64,000 nucleotides of DNA. Origin: Myxococcales bacterium (GTDB lineage: Bacteria > Myxococcota_A > UBA9042). Positions 46,529 through 56,171 of this stretch are shown here, one piece after another. Each line of letters opens with the position of its first letter. Position 1 is the stretch's first letter. The translations under genes were made by a program, and so were the position numbers. The notes below the pieces were generated by a model. It saw nothing but the letters and a program-made list of their open reading frames with translations. It searched no databases and was not told the origin of the DNA. Where the stretch lies: NCBI GenBank assembly GCA_023954815.1, contig JAGSHB010000002.1:21990-85989 (forward strand). Direction: 5' to 3'.

Positions 46529-48910
46529 CTAGCGGGCGGCGGCTGCGATCAGGTTGGGCGTACAGCGACCGACGACAAAGTAGGCGCTCTCATTGTTGAT
46601 CAGCTCCACGTTCCAGTCCTTGATCTTCGCCCAGCCCTCTGCCTTTTGGCCCGATAGCTTGCTGCTGGCGCGGTTGAGCTTGCCGCGAAACCCATGCGTG
46701 CGGCCCCGCTCCATCAGCACATAAAAGGCCCGCCCCTTGTTGAACTCCCGCAGATAGGGTTCGAACTGTTTGGCCTCTTTGGTGATCGGTCTAATCTCGT
46801 TATTCGAGTAGAAGGTCTCACCGCGCCAGGTGATGAGCCAGGAGACGATGTCTTCCTTGCAGACCCGCTTGTGCTCGCTGCCAAAGAACGACACCAGCCC
46901 ATCGAATCCGGCTTTTTCGATCCAAGGCGTGTATGCCTCCTCGACGGCCTGTGGGTTCGGATGCAGGTTGCAGTCTTCGTAGTAGGACTCAAAGAGGTAC
47001 TTCTGAGACCACGACGGCGAGAGCATCGGCATGTAGTAGTTGAGCGCCCAGAACGCCATCAGCGCCGCGCTCACGGTCATCAGCGCAAGCCCTGCCTTAC
47101 GCGCACGCGCAAACAGCAAGCCGACCACGCCGAGCCCCGTCAGCCCGCCAATGAAGGGCACAAAAGTCTCAAATCGCAGCCAGGAGATCGACAGCAGGTG
47201 GGCCGTAAACCCTCCCACGTGTTTGGCAAATTGGGTGTCTCGCCAGTGCAAGATGGGGTTGGCGTCACTGCGCCACGACAGCTGTCCATCCCAGTCCAGC
47301 GGAAGGTTCTGCGGCAGAGGCCGGTCGTACTTGTAGGTGAAGAGGTTGCGGAGGTGTTGCACGTCGCCGAGCAGGTTGATCACCAAGCCCACACCGAAGC
47401 CCAAGGCGAGCAGCACCTGCACGCGGCGCAGGGTTGCGGGTTGAAAGCGTAAATCGGCCAAATACAAGCCGACTAGCGCCGTCAACGCTGGAACTGCGGG
47501 CAAAATGTAGTGATGGAACTTCGTCGACGAGGCCGTGAAGAGGGCAAAAGCGACGACAAACCAACACAGTAAAAAGGTGCGATAGGCGAACGCGCGCGGG
47601 CTGAGGGCCTCCGCATCCGGGGCCATGTCCACAGCCGGTAATGCGCCGTTTTTGGGACGCAACCGGGCGTAAGCGACCAGCGCAATAGGCGCGAAAATCG
47701 TCCAAGGAAAGAGGCCGAACCCGAGCCACTTGATGAAGTGCTCAAAGGTGCCCTGATCGATTTGGTGCACGCCCGAGCCGACACGATTGAAGTGATCGTG
47801 AACGAAGAAGCGGTTGTAGTACGCCATGCCATGACGACAGAACATCGCCACGTACCAGGGCAGCACCGTCACGAAAAACAGCGGTAATCCACGCAGTAGC
47901 TCGACTTTGGACAGGGTCCGCCACTGGCTGGTGACGAGCAGCCAGATAAACAAGATGGCGCCGGGCAACATGAAGCCCAGCAGGCCTTTTGCGTAGGTCG
48001 CCTGGGCGGCCATCATGTAAAAACAGAGCCAGTAGCCGGTTCTGAGGGTGCGATCCTTGAAGGCGTCGTCCCAGCCGCCGCCGCGCCGCTTAAAGATGGG
48101 CCACAGCACGCTGGCGAGCACAGCCAGACCGATCGGCGCGTAGATCAGCACATGGTAGATGCCGTTGAGCTGGATGATACGCGCCCAGGCCGCCGCACCG
48201 GATTGCCCTGCGCTGGCGTTAGCGTCGACCAAATCGGTCGCGATGATCGACCACTGTGGGATGAGGTTCGCCAGGACAAACCCAACAAAGAGCCCCACAC
48301 GCATGAGGAACTTGCGGTCTGTCAGCGCCTCGCGTTTGGAAAAGAAGGCCAGGGCGGAAAAGCACAGCGCGATGGTGAGCGTCGCCACAAAAGGCATGTC
48401 CGTCTGGGCTTGGCGGCTGACCATATAGATAAAGGGCGAGAGCCCCATGACCGCGGTCACCAACATCGCCCGGCGCAGATCCAGGATGCGTTCGACCGTG
48501 AGTAGGGTCATCGACACGGCCGATGCCCCGATGATCGCCATGGGCAGACGGAAGGCCCAATCGGAGAGCCCGATCAGCTTTACGAAGGAGGCCTCGGACC
48601 AGAAGATCCAGATGGGCTTGCTGTAAAACCAGTTGCCGCCGCGTGGCTCGGTGCCGATCTGTGTCTTGTAGCCCCACCACGGATTGACCCAGTCGTAGCT
48701 CTCGACCATGCCGCGGGTAACTTCGCCGTAGTGGACTTCCCAGGGATCCCACAGGCCAAACGAGCCGCAGTTGAAGATGTAGAGCGCGTACACACCCAAA
48801 ATCGTGCCCCAGCGCAGCCAGAAATCGCGCTTGCCTGGCGAAAATAGCGGGATGTGTGCCGGATCAGCAGTGAGCGGAACAGACAGTCGCAGCGGCTGGA
48901 CGGGCATCAT
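46529..48910 (-). CDS. GT-C fold glycosyltransferase, GT39/PMT (protein O-mannosyltransferase)/ArnT-like, 793 aa
   Basis: More than 10 TM helices. The DPWEVHYGEVTRGM loop resembles the PMT DE..H[FY]G motif. Large C-terminal soluble domain. Confidence 0.5.
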   Translation of the reverse strand: MMPVQPLRLSVPLTADPAHIPLFSPGKRDFWLRWGTILGVYALYIFNCGSFGLWDPWEVHYGEVTRGMVESYDWVNPWWGYKTQIGTEPRGGNWFYSKPIWIFWSEASFVKLIGLSDWAFRLPMAIIGASAVSMTLLTVERILDLRRAMLVTAVMGLSPFIYMVSRQAQTDMPFVATLTIALCFSALAFFSKREALTDRKFLMRVGLFVGFVLANLIPQWSIIATDLVDANASAGQSGAAAWARIIQLNGIYHVLIYAPIGLAVLASVLWPIFKRRGGGWDDAFKDRTLRTGYWLCFYMMAAQATYAKGLLGFMLPGAILFIWLLVTSQWRTLSKVELLRGLPLFFVTVLPWYVAMFCRHGMAYYNRFFVHDHFNRVGSGVHQIDQGTFEHFIKWLGFGLFPWTIFAPIALVAYARLRPKNGALPAVDMAPDAEALSPRAFAYRTFLLCWFVVAFALFTASSTKFHHYILPAVPALTALVGLYLADLRFQPATLRRVQVLLALGFGVGLVINLLGDVQHLRNLFTYKYDRPLPQNLPLDWDGQLSWRSDANPILHWRDTQFAKHVGGFTAHLLSISWLRFETFVPFIGGLTGLGVVGLLFARARKAGLALMTVSAALMAFWALNYYMPMLSPSWSQKYLFESYYEDCNLHPNPQAVEEAYTPWIEKAGFDGLVSFFGSEHKRVCKEDIVSWLITWRGETFYSNNEIRPITKEAKQFEPYLREFNKGRAFYVLMERGRTHGFRGKLNRASSKLSGQKAEGWAKIKDWNVELINNESAYFVVGRCTPNLIAAAAR

Positions 48911-49683
48911 TGGGCCAGGGGTTCGGGAAGACAGGGGTTATTGGCCCAGAGCGCGCGGGACCACAAGGGCCTAGCTCGTCCAAAGGGGCCGCGGTGTGAT
49001 ACCATCGCGACAAGACAAGTCAATGCAGCGCCAATCGAAGGCGATAGTTGAAAACCGGCGCCGGCCCCAAAAACGGCGACCGCAGCCTCTCGCGTCATCC
49101 TCCCCCAAGGCGGACGCAATCGACTGCGGTCAAAACTTGAGACGTGACCTGATCCCCATTAGGTCCCATCTCCGCAAGCAACCCGTATGTACGTAGACAA
49201 CAGGTGAGCCCAACTATCGCCGGACTCGTGGGGTACAATTGCACAGGCCGTGCCAAGTCGGACTGTGATCATGTGATCATGATTTTGCCTGGATCTTGGG
49301 GGATCTGGCCGATTTTGCCCAAACCTCGCAACGACCGATTCCGACATGGATGTCGTAAACAGCGCAAACTTTGCGTGCTTGCCTGGTCTGAACTCTGTAA
49401 CTGTTAGATATTACTTGGATGTAGCTTGTGACGATCTTGGTCGCTCTTGACCGAGATGCGTCACAGGTGGCAGTCGCCCAATCGATCGACGAGAATATCA
49501 GTAGCCAGATCCAGCAAAAAAGAAGCGATGGGCTTGCTCATTGTAGGAAAAAAGACCGAATTGCCGCCCGATCAGCGCAAATGGAGCGATCTCGCCTAGA
49601 GCTCACCGGCCGTCCTGCGCGCCTGGTAGCGGTGAGCCGCGATAGTCATGCGGGGGCGCTCATAGCCCCCAATAGAAAAAAAG

Positions 49684-49730
49684 TAGGAGAGAGATGCGAT
49701 AGTCATGTAATGACGCATCTCTGTCCTACC
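49684..49730 (-). terminator. Rho-independent terminator of the downstream OMP gene
   Basis: 16-bp inverted repeat GTAGGAGAGAGATGCG / CGCATCTCTGTCCTAC (one mismatch) with a 15-nt loop. It overlaps the TAG stop and is followed by TTTTTTT on the minus strand. Confidence 0.5.
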
Positions 49731-50406
49731 TAGTCCAGCCGAGGCCGACACGGGCGCGGAGGTAGGTGGCGGTGCCAGGACGCGACGACTGGCTGTAAAT
49801 ATCGAAGCCAGTATCGAAACGGGCGAGCAGAAAGAGGCTCTCCGTCACGCGGAGTTCTGCGCCCAATTGAACCACTAGGGGCGTGTGAACAAGCATCTCG
49901 GGTGCAGCGAAGAACCCAATCGCCGCCTCGATACCAACGATAAAACGCAACGACGGCAACAAGAGCTTGTCGGCGACGAGACTGCCAGCAAATGGCGTGA
50001 TGAGCAGGCTTTGAGTCCCCGCGCTGGTGGTCGGTGGGTGGTCATCGGCGAATAGATGCAAGCTCACTTCGGGTGTGCCGACCACAGCGATGGTCCACCC
50101 CTGCCACTCGGCAAACTTCATCCGGAACGCTGCTCCGAGGGTCAGTCCGCCCCCGCCGACGCGTGCGCCTCGCCCGTATTGAAAGCTTGCCCTTGGGGTG
50201 ACGTCGGCCAGAGAGCTCAGGCCGTACACAGCGCCCACTTCGACGTCGGGAAAGCCGGCGGTGGCGTAGAGCGCTGTCGCATCTTCCGCGACGGTTCGCG
50301 CACCAAAAAAACTCATGTCGTCGACCCAACTGTCGCTCGCAGATGACTGCGCAAGGCTCGGGAGCGCGATGGTCATCACAGCAAGGAAAGCGAGCAGGCG
50401 GTGCAT
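49726..50406 (-). CDS. Putative outer-membrane beta-barrel protein
   Basis: ATG at 50406. Signal peptide ALPSLAQS. Alternating beta-strand pattern with aromatic-rich girdles. Confidence 0.45.
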   Translation of the reverse strand: MHRLLAFLAVMTIALPSLAQSSASDSWVDDMSFFGARTVAEDATALYATAGFPDVEVGAVYGLSSLADVTPRASFQYGRGARVGGGGLTLGAAFRMKFAEWQGWTIAVVGTPEVSLHLFADDHPPTTSAGTQSLLITPFAGSLVADKLLLPSLRFIVGIEAAIGFFAAPEMLVHTPLVVQLGAELRVTESLFLLARFDTGFDIYSQSSRPGTATYLRARVGLGWTR

Positions 50407-50514
50407 GGATCCTCCGGGGCCTCTCCTGGCGCGCTGGGTGGGGCGACGCTGCGGCGACGAGGCGCAAATGGGCCAGTCGTGATGCTGCGCCCCATCGGCG
50501 GGCTGTCAAGAAAG

Positions 50515-51801
50515 CTATGCGGCCGAAACATGAGCGCTTTCGGAGCGTAACTGCTTGACGTAGCGGAAGAAGGTGCTTCTGGGCAGCCCGCTGGCCCGAT
50601 GCGCAGCTGCCACCGTTGAACAACTTTGCAGCAGATCGGCGACCAACTCCCGCCGTTGAGGCAGCGCGGGCCCACGGGCCGGCTTGCCAATGGCACGGCA
50701 GAGATCACTCAAAGAAGGTGGGGCTCCGCCGGTCCGCATATTGATGCGACGGCCCACGTTCTTCAGTTCGCGGACATTTCCTGGCCAGCGGTGCTGACGC
50801 AGCACCTCGCCGGCGCCGCTGGGGAGATGCGTTCCGATAAACCCCTCGAGCAGCGGCACCAAATCAGCGGTCCGCGATCGAAGCGGCGGCAGGGTGACCT
50901 CAGCGACCGCCAAACGATGCAGCAAATCCAAGCGAAAGCGACCCGCTCGCACGGCCTTGGCGAGATCTCTGTGTGTAGCCGCCACCACCCGTACATCGAC
51001 TCTTCGCATGTCGCCGCCGACCACCTGCACCTCTCCTGTCTCCAAGACTCGGAGCAGCGCGGCCTGCGCTGGCGGACTGAGTTCGCCGACCTCGTCCAGA
51101 AACAACGTGCCGCCGCTCGCTCTAGAAAACGCCCCCTCCCGATTGTCGACGCTGCCGGTGTACGCGCCGCGCCGCGAGCCAAACAGCTCCGCTTCCAGCA
51201 GACCTGGTGGAAGGGCTGCACAGTTGAGCGCGACAAATGGGCGGTCCGCCCGGGGCGAGACGTCGTGGGCCAAGCGACTCGCCAACTCTTTGCCGGCGCC
51301 GGTCTCGCCGCGAATGAGCAAGGGAGCCTCACTCTCGCCCGCGATGGCGAGCTCAGCGAAGGCCTGCCATAGGTTGGGACAAGACGACCGCATCTGCCCC
51401 GCTTGCAACCACGGCCTGCCGCCATCGCTCCCTTCACCGCGCAAGATCAGGATGGGCACGCCAGCGAGCCGCAGCACGGTACCGACATCAACCCGTGCCG
51501 TTGCCCCGACACGTTTGCCGCCCAAGACAAGCCCGGCCCCGGTGAGATCGCGCACGCGCACCTGGCCACCCAACCACTCAAACCGCCCCTGCTGAGAGGC
51601 GAGTCGCGGCAGCTGTACGTCGGCAGATGGGCCCGAGCCAACGATGACGGGATCGCCGAGCGAGTGGCGACGCCAGCTGTGAGCGGTGGGCACCAAAATC
51701 CAAGGGACTGCGTCACCTTCAACAGCTGAAAGCGCGCTGCCGACCGATGAAATCGCCCGTTTGGTGGCAGATCGGCTTGTCTCATTACGCTGCCGATGCA
51801 T
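50515..51801 (-). CDS. Sigma-54-dependent transcriptional activator with N-terminal FHA-like domain
   Basis: ATG at 51801. AAA+ sigma-54 interaction domain (GETGAGKELASR, GAFS-like, ESELFG). C-terminal Fis-type HTH. Confidence 0.8.
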   Translation of the reverse strand: MHRQRNETSRSATKRAISSVGSALSAVEGDAVPWILVPTAHSWRRHSLGDPVIVGSGPSADVQLPRLASQQGRFEWLGGQVRVRDLTGAGLVLGGKRVGATARVDVGTVLRLAGVPILILRGEGSDGGRPWLQAGQMRSSCPNLWQAFAELAIAGESEAPLLIRGETGAGKELASRLAHDVSPRADRPFVALNCAALPPGLLEAELFGSRRGAYTGSVDNREGAFSRASGGTLFLDEVGELSPPAQAALLRVLETGEVQVVGGDMRRVDVRVVAATHRDLAKAVRAGRFRLDLLHRLAVAEVTLPPLRSRTADLVPLLEGFIGTHLPSGAGEVLRQHRWPGNVRELKNVGRRINMRTGGAPPSLSDLCRAIGKPARGPALPQRRELVADLLQSCSTVAAAHRASGLPRSTFFRYVKQLRSESAHVSAA

Positions 51802-52121
51802 CACGCCACCTCCTGAAGGGCGACGGTCCACGCGCGATCGGTCGCAGGCAGCAGAGGCAGCGCGGTCAAGAGCGCCTGACCCTGGGCGGGAAGGCCGCCG
51901 GCCGTTACAGCCAGCGCGACTTGATAGAGCCACCACTGCGCTGATGCACCCAACTCCTCACTGACACGGCGCCACGCCTCAGGATGATCAGCAATCGCCT
52001 CCTGCAACCCAGCGACACAGCGGAGTTCCCCGTCGAGTTCCAACAAGGTAAGTCGCTGTTTCAACATCCGTAGTCTAGCGTTTGCCTGCACGATCACTTG
52101 CGCCATCTGTAGCTCCGTCAT
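51801..52121 (-). CDS. Small hypothetical protein (106 aa), translationally coupled upstream of the sigma-54 activator
   Basis: ATG at 52121 with GGAGG RBS. Its stop overlaps the activator start. Confidence 0.4.
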   Translation of the reverse strand: MTELQMAQVIVQANARLRMLKQRLTLLELDGELRCVAGLQEAIADHPEAWRRVSEELGASAQWWLYQVALAVTAGGLPAQGQALLTALPLLPATDRAWTVALQEVA

Positions 52122-52329
52122 GTCTCGACCTCCACGCCTCTCGCCTTCTATGACGCTGGCCGAGACGAAAATCGTCGGTTGAAGACGAAAAAAACTTCGC
52201 GAGCGCCGCTATCGAGACGACAATTACAGGCGTGACGGCCCTCTCTTGGCGCCAAAATCGACCGATAGCGCTCGGCTCTCACGCACGGACCAATGTGATC
52301 CTGCTCCCCATTATGCCGCCCGAAGCGCA

Positions 52330-52975
52330 CATGGAGATGTTCATGGCTACCCGCCCCTCGCAGCCTCATTTTTCGATGTTCCGTGAGTTCTCAGTCGCTG
52401 ATCTGATGACCCTGGGCAACGCAGCCTGTGGCACCACCGCGATCTTTCTGTGTCTGCAGTATTTGGCAGAAGACCAGCGCGGCTGGCTCTGGGTGGCGTT
52501 CGCCTTGCTGCCATCTGCGTTCATTTTGGATGCGCTGGACGGCTGGGTAGCGCGCAAACTGCGCCGAGGCTCCCGGCTCGGTGCTGACTTGGACTCCTTG
52601 GCAGATATCGTCTCCTTTGGCATCGCTCCGGTGGTCTTGGCCTATACGCTGGGCGCGCGTGGCGGCTGGGATGTGGCCGCGCTGGTCATCTTTGTCTGTT
52701 GCGGCATCAGTCGGTTGGCGCGTTTCAACGTCACCGCGGACGAATTGGCCGACCAGGTCTCCGGCAAGGTGAAATACTTCGAAGGCACACCGATTCCGAC
52801 GTCGCTGTTGCTGGTGGGCGTGCTCGCCGCGGCCTTTTACCAGGACGCGGTTCACGCAGACCTCTGGGGTGGGCGGCTCCAGCTGGGACCTTTCCGTTGG
52901 CACCCGATCACCGGGCTGTATTTGCTCAACGGACTGACCATGATCTCGGCGACCTTGCGCATCCCGAAGCCCTAG
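52330..52975 (+). CDS. CDP-alcohol phosphatidyltransferase (phosphatidylserine synthase-like)
   Basis: DALDGWVARKLRRGSRLGADLDSLAD matches the D(x2)DG(x2)AR...G(x3)D(x3)D motif. Multi-TM. Start uncertain (52232-52342). Confidence 0.7.
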
Positions 52976-53055
52976 CGGCGGCCTTTGAGTGCGACGTTAC
53001 CTCTTGCCGATCAAACTGGTAGGCTCCGCCCCCAATCTGAGATGAGGAGCACGCC

Positions 53056-56000
53056 GTGGCGCGTAGGACACGCAATAAACGCAATAAGAACAGCCCTGTT
53101 GATCCGGCGCCTGAGACCGGAGCCGACGCTGCGAACGCCGCGCCGGCGAAGGCGGCACCAGGCGGCAAGAAGGCCGCTCGGCGGGCCAGGGCCGCAGCTC
53201 GAGCAGCCGCACGCGCAGAACAGCCCAAGTCTCAGCGCCCGGTTGTACCCACCCCGCCGGCTCAGCAAGCAGATTCGGATCTCGTCGATGACTTGCCAGC
53301 GGTGGCAGTGGGGCTGATCTGTGCGATCTTGCCGGCGGTCGTCCGCCCGGGCTTGCGCGACCTCTACCAACTCCCGAAGACGCTGACGCCGACGACAGGC
53401 GCAGCGTGGATGCTCGCCGCCATCGCGCTCATGGCGCTCATGGGCAGAAAGCTGAGGCTGCCGAAAACCCCCATGACGTGGCCACTGGTGGGCCTGGTCA
53501 TCTCGTTTGCTATCGGTGTGGCCACCGCACCGACTGAAACCGGCGGCGTGTTGTCGATTTTCGCCAAGATGGACGCCTACCGTTGGGGTGCTGCGGCGCT
53601 GATCGGTGTGGGCACACTGGCGACGGTGCGCACGCCGCGGCAGTTGATGTACGTCGTCGGTGGGATGTTGGTCGGCGGCTTTCAGGTCGCGATCTACGGC
53701 ATCGCCCAGCATCACCACATAGACGGGCTGTTGCCTGCTGAGGCGAGTCGCTGGGTGGGTATCAACAAGCCCGGTTCGACCTTCGGCAACCGCAACATGG
53801 CGGCACAAGCGATTGTGAGCGTCATGCCCGCTGGCTATGTGCTGGTTGCCATGGCCCTACGGTGGTGGCGTCGCGGTCGTGGGAGCCTCGCTTTGGCCAT
53901 CGGGGCGAGCGCCAATATCATCCTCTTTGTGCTCTTGTACTACTTGCGTCTCAGCGTGACCCGCTCGGCTTGGGGCGGCGCGTTATTGGGCGTGATTGTC
54001 GCAGGATCGGTCTTTGCCGTCGGGCGGCTTTTGGGCCGGAAAAACAACGTCGAAAGCGCCGACGCGGCTGTTTCCGAGTCCAAGGGGCGCAGGTCGGCCA
54101 TCCCGCTGGCCGTGGGCCTTCTCTTGAGCGGCGCCTTGGCGATTGTCCTAGCGTCGAGCGCCCTGAGCGACAAGGGTTTTTCCGCTCGCTTTGACAAGGG
54201 TGTCGGCGATCAGAAGCGCCGCATGGGCATCACCGAATTGGTCGCGACGGTTGGCGATTTCGACAAGCCGCACTGGTCGATGCGTTTCATGATGTGGGCG
54301 AGCACCTGGGAAGCGATCAAGGCGCGGCCCACAGGCGGCGGCGCAGGCAACTGGCGGGTGCTCTTTCCGCAGTACGTGACCCAGCGACAGGCCAACGATC
54401 ACTTCTCGATCAGCAAGCAGCCGACGCGAGCGCACAATGACTTCTTGCAATTTTGGAGTGAATTCGGCCTTCAGGGCTTTGTCAGCCTGATGGCGCTGCT
54501 GTTGGTTGTGGCCTGGATGAGCATCAAGACGGTCGCCATTCAAACCCCAGCGAAGATGCGGGAACACGAGGATGTCGCCTGGATGGCGCTAGCCTCGGTC
54601 ACCTCGCTCGCCGGTATTGTGGCCATCTGCGGAGATGCGCTGCTGAGCTTTCCGTTCCAATTGCCCGCACCGACGTTCCTGTTCTTTGTCCATGTTGGTG
54701 TGATCGGTGCCGCGTGGGTTTTTGCAACGGAGCGACAGGCCAAGGCCGCAGGCAATGACGAGGACGGGCAAGCCCGACCGGCACCATTTGCTGCGCCGCG
54801 CCCGGTGGTGGGACCGGCTCGTATCGCGCTCGCTGCCAGCGCCGTCGCGGCTGTGGGGTTTGTTCACTGGGAAAACCCGCGACTACTCGATGCTGAGCGG
54901 GGCTTCACGCAGGCGCGTGCAAAGCAAAAACGGGGCCGACCGGCTGCCGGTCTCATCGAGATCAAAAAGGCGATCGCGCTCAACCCGGATGACTTCCAAA
55001 ATCACTTCATCGAAGCGCTGTGCCACAACAGTCTGCGAGATGCACCCAAGAGCGTGGAGGCCATTCAGCGCAGCTTGAAGCTCTATCCAAACCTGCTCAA
55101 CGCATGGGTCAATTTGGCGATGTTCGCGCGAAAAGCCGGGCAAACCGATGTGATGGAACATGCGCTCAAGACGGCGCTGACGCTTAAGCCGGACGAGGTC
55201 TACGCGCTCAACGTGAAGTCGCGCTATCTGATGCGGAAGGGCAAGCACGCCGAGGCGGCCAAACTGCTGCGGCCCTTTGTGGACCGTCATAAGGGCAATC
55301 GCAGCTTCCTCGCCAACGCCGAACGTGCCTTCAAGCGCCAAAAGGACTGGCTGATGATCGCGGCTGTTCATACCCATCAGGTCAACAACGTCAAAGCCCG
55401 ACGGCTGCGGCCTCGGCAGCGCAATTACAAGCGCCTCCGGGCTGCGGATGCCAAGCGTGTGAAGACCGGTCGACTCAAGGGCTGGGCGAAGGTTGGCGAT
55501 AGCTGGGTGCGCGCCAAGCGGTGGGACAAAGCCGAGCCCGCCTATGCCTTGGCGGCTGCGCTCGCGGGCTACGGTCGCAGCGATCTCAAACGCAAGTACG
55601 CCCTATCATTGGTGAACAATCACAAGTGGAAGAAAGCGACCCACGAGGTGGACGTCACCTTGGATCTATCCAAGAGCGAGGCCGATCCACTGCTCGATGG
55701 GCTGGAGGCGTTCCGCTCCACACTGAAGACCGACGCGGACAAGAAGCGGGTAGACAAAATCATGCAGCGAGTCGAGGAGTGGGCAGGAGATGCCGTCAAG
55801 TCGCGGCGGGCACGCGTAGCCCTCGACGATGACAAAGTAATCGCTGGCTTCCTCAAGAAATACGAAGTATTGACTGCAGCTGGCAAACATCCCGAGGCGC
55901 TGAAGTGGCTCGAAAAAGCGGCGGGTCGGGGCAAAGAGCGCCGGGCGGACGTCAAGCGGGCCTTTGCGGTGGGGCTGGCCCAGGGCGGGCAGTGGGAACG

Positions 56001-56148
56001 CTCCCTACATGAAGCCAAAGAGGCTGTGCGCATCGATTGGCACGAGCGTGAGCGCATCATCTCTGGCGTTGAGAAGCTGCGGAAGATGGTCGACAAGTAC
56101 GCAAAGAAGAAGCTCGATGAACTCATCGCCAAGGTGAGGTTGCTCTGA
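53056..56148 (+). CDS. O-antigen ligase/polymerase (Wzy_C) family membrane domain fused to large C-terminal TPR region (1030 aa)
   Basis: GTG at 53056 with GAGGAG RBS. More than 10 TM helices. AHNDFLQFWSEFGLQG ligase motif. TPR-like repeats at the C-terminus. Confidence 0.65.
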   Translation: MARRTRNKRNKNSPVDPAPETGADAANAAPAKAAPGGKKAARRARAAARAAARAEQPKSQRPVVPTPPAQQADSDLVDDLPAVAVGLICAILPAVVRPGLRDLYQLPKTLTPTTGAAWMLAAIALMALMGRKLRLPKTPMTWPLVGLVISFAIGVATAPTETGGVLSIFAKMDAYRWGAAALIGVGTLATVRTPRQLMYVVGGMLVGGFQVAIYGIAQHHHIDGLLPAEASRWVGINKPGSTFGNRNMAAQAIVSVMPAGYVLVAMALRWWRRGRGSLALAIGASANIILFVLLYYLRLSVTRSAWGGALLGVIVAGSVFAVGRLLGRKNNVESADAAVSESKGRRSAIPLAVGLLLSGALAIVLASSALSDKGFSARFDKGVGDQKRRMGITELVATVGDFDKPHWSMRFMMWASTWEAIKARPTGGGAGNWRVLFPQYVTQRQANDHFSISKQPTRAHNDFLQFWSEFGLQGFVSLMALLLVVAWMSIKTVAIQTPAKMREHEDVAWMALASVTSLAGIVAICGDALLSFPFQLPAPTFLFFVHVGVIGAAWVFATERQAKAAGNDEDGQARPAPFAAPRPVVGPARIALAASAVAAVGFVHWENPRLLDAERGFTQARAKQKRGRPAAGLIEIKKAIALNPDDFQNHFIEALCHNSLRDAPKSVEAIQRSLKLYPNLLNAWVNLAMFARKAGQTDVMEHALKTALTLKPDEVYALNVKSRYLMRKGKHAEAAKLLRPFVDRHKGNRSFLANAERAFKRQKDWLMIAAVHTHQVNNVKARRLRPRQRNYKRLRAADAKRVKTGRLKGWAKVGDSWVRAKRWDKAEPAYALAAALAGYGRSDLKRKYALSLVNNHKWKKATHEVDVTLDLSKSEADPLLDGLEAFRSTLKTDADKKRVDKIMQRVEEWAGDAVKSRRARVALDDDKVIAGFLKKYEVLTAAGKHPEALKWLEKAAGRGKERRADVKRAFAVGLAQGGQWERSLHEAKEAVRIDWHERERIISGVEKLRKMVDKYAKKKLDELIAKVRLL

Positions 56149-56171
56149 GCGCCGTACAACAACCAACGGAT

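Noticed and set aside
49428-49733. 101-aa TTG-initiated ORF in the long intergenic region
   Set aside because: No RBS and an atypical composition. It overlaps the terminator hairpin. It is more likely non-coding.
50407-50517. Same-frame adjacency of the sigma-54 activator and the OMP gene
   Set aside because: The stop is TAG. There is no redox motif or conservation logic for recoding.
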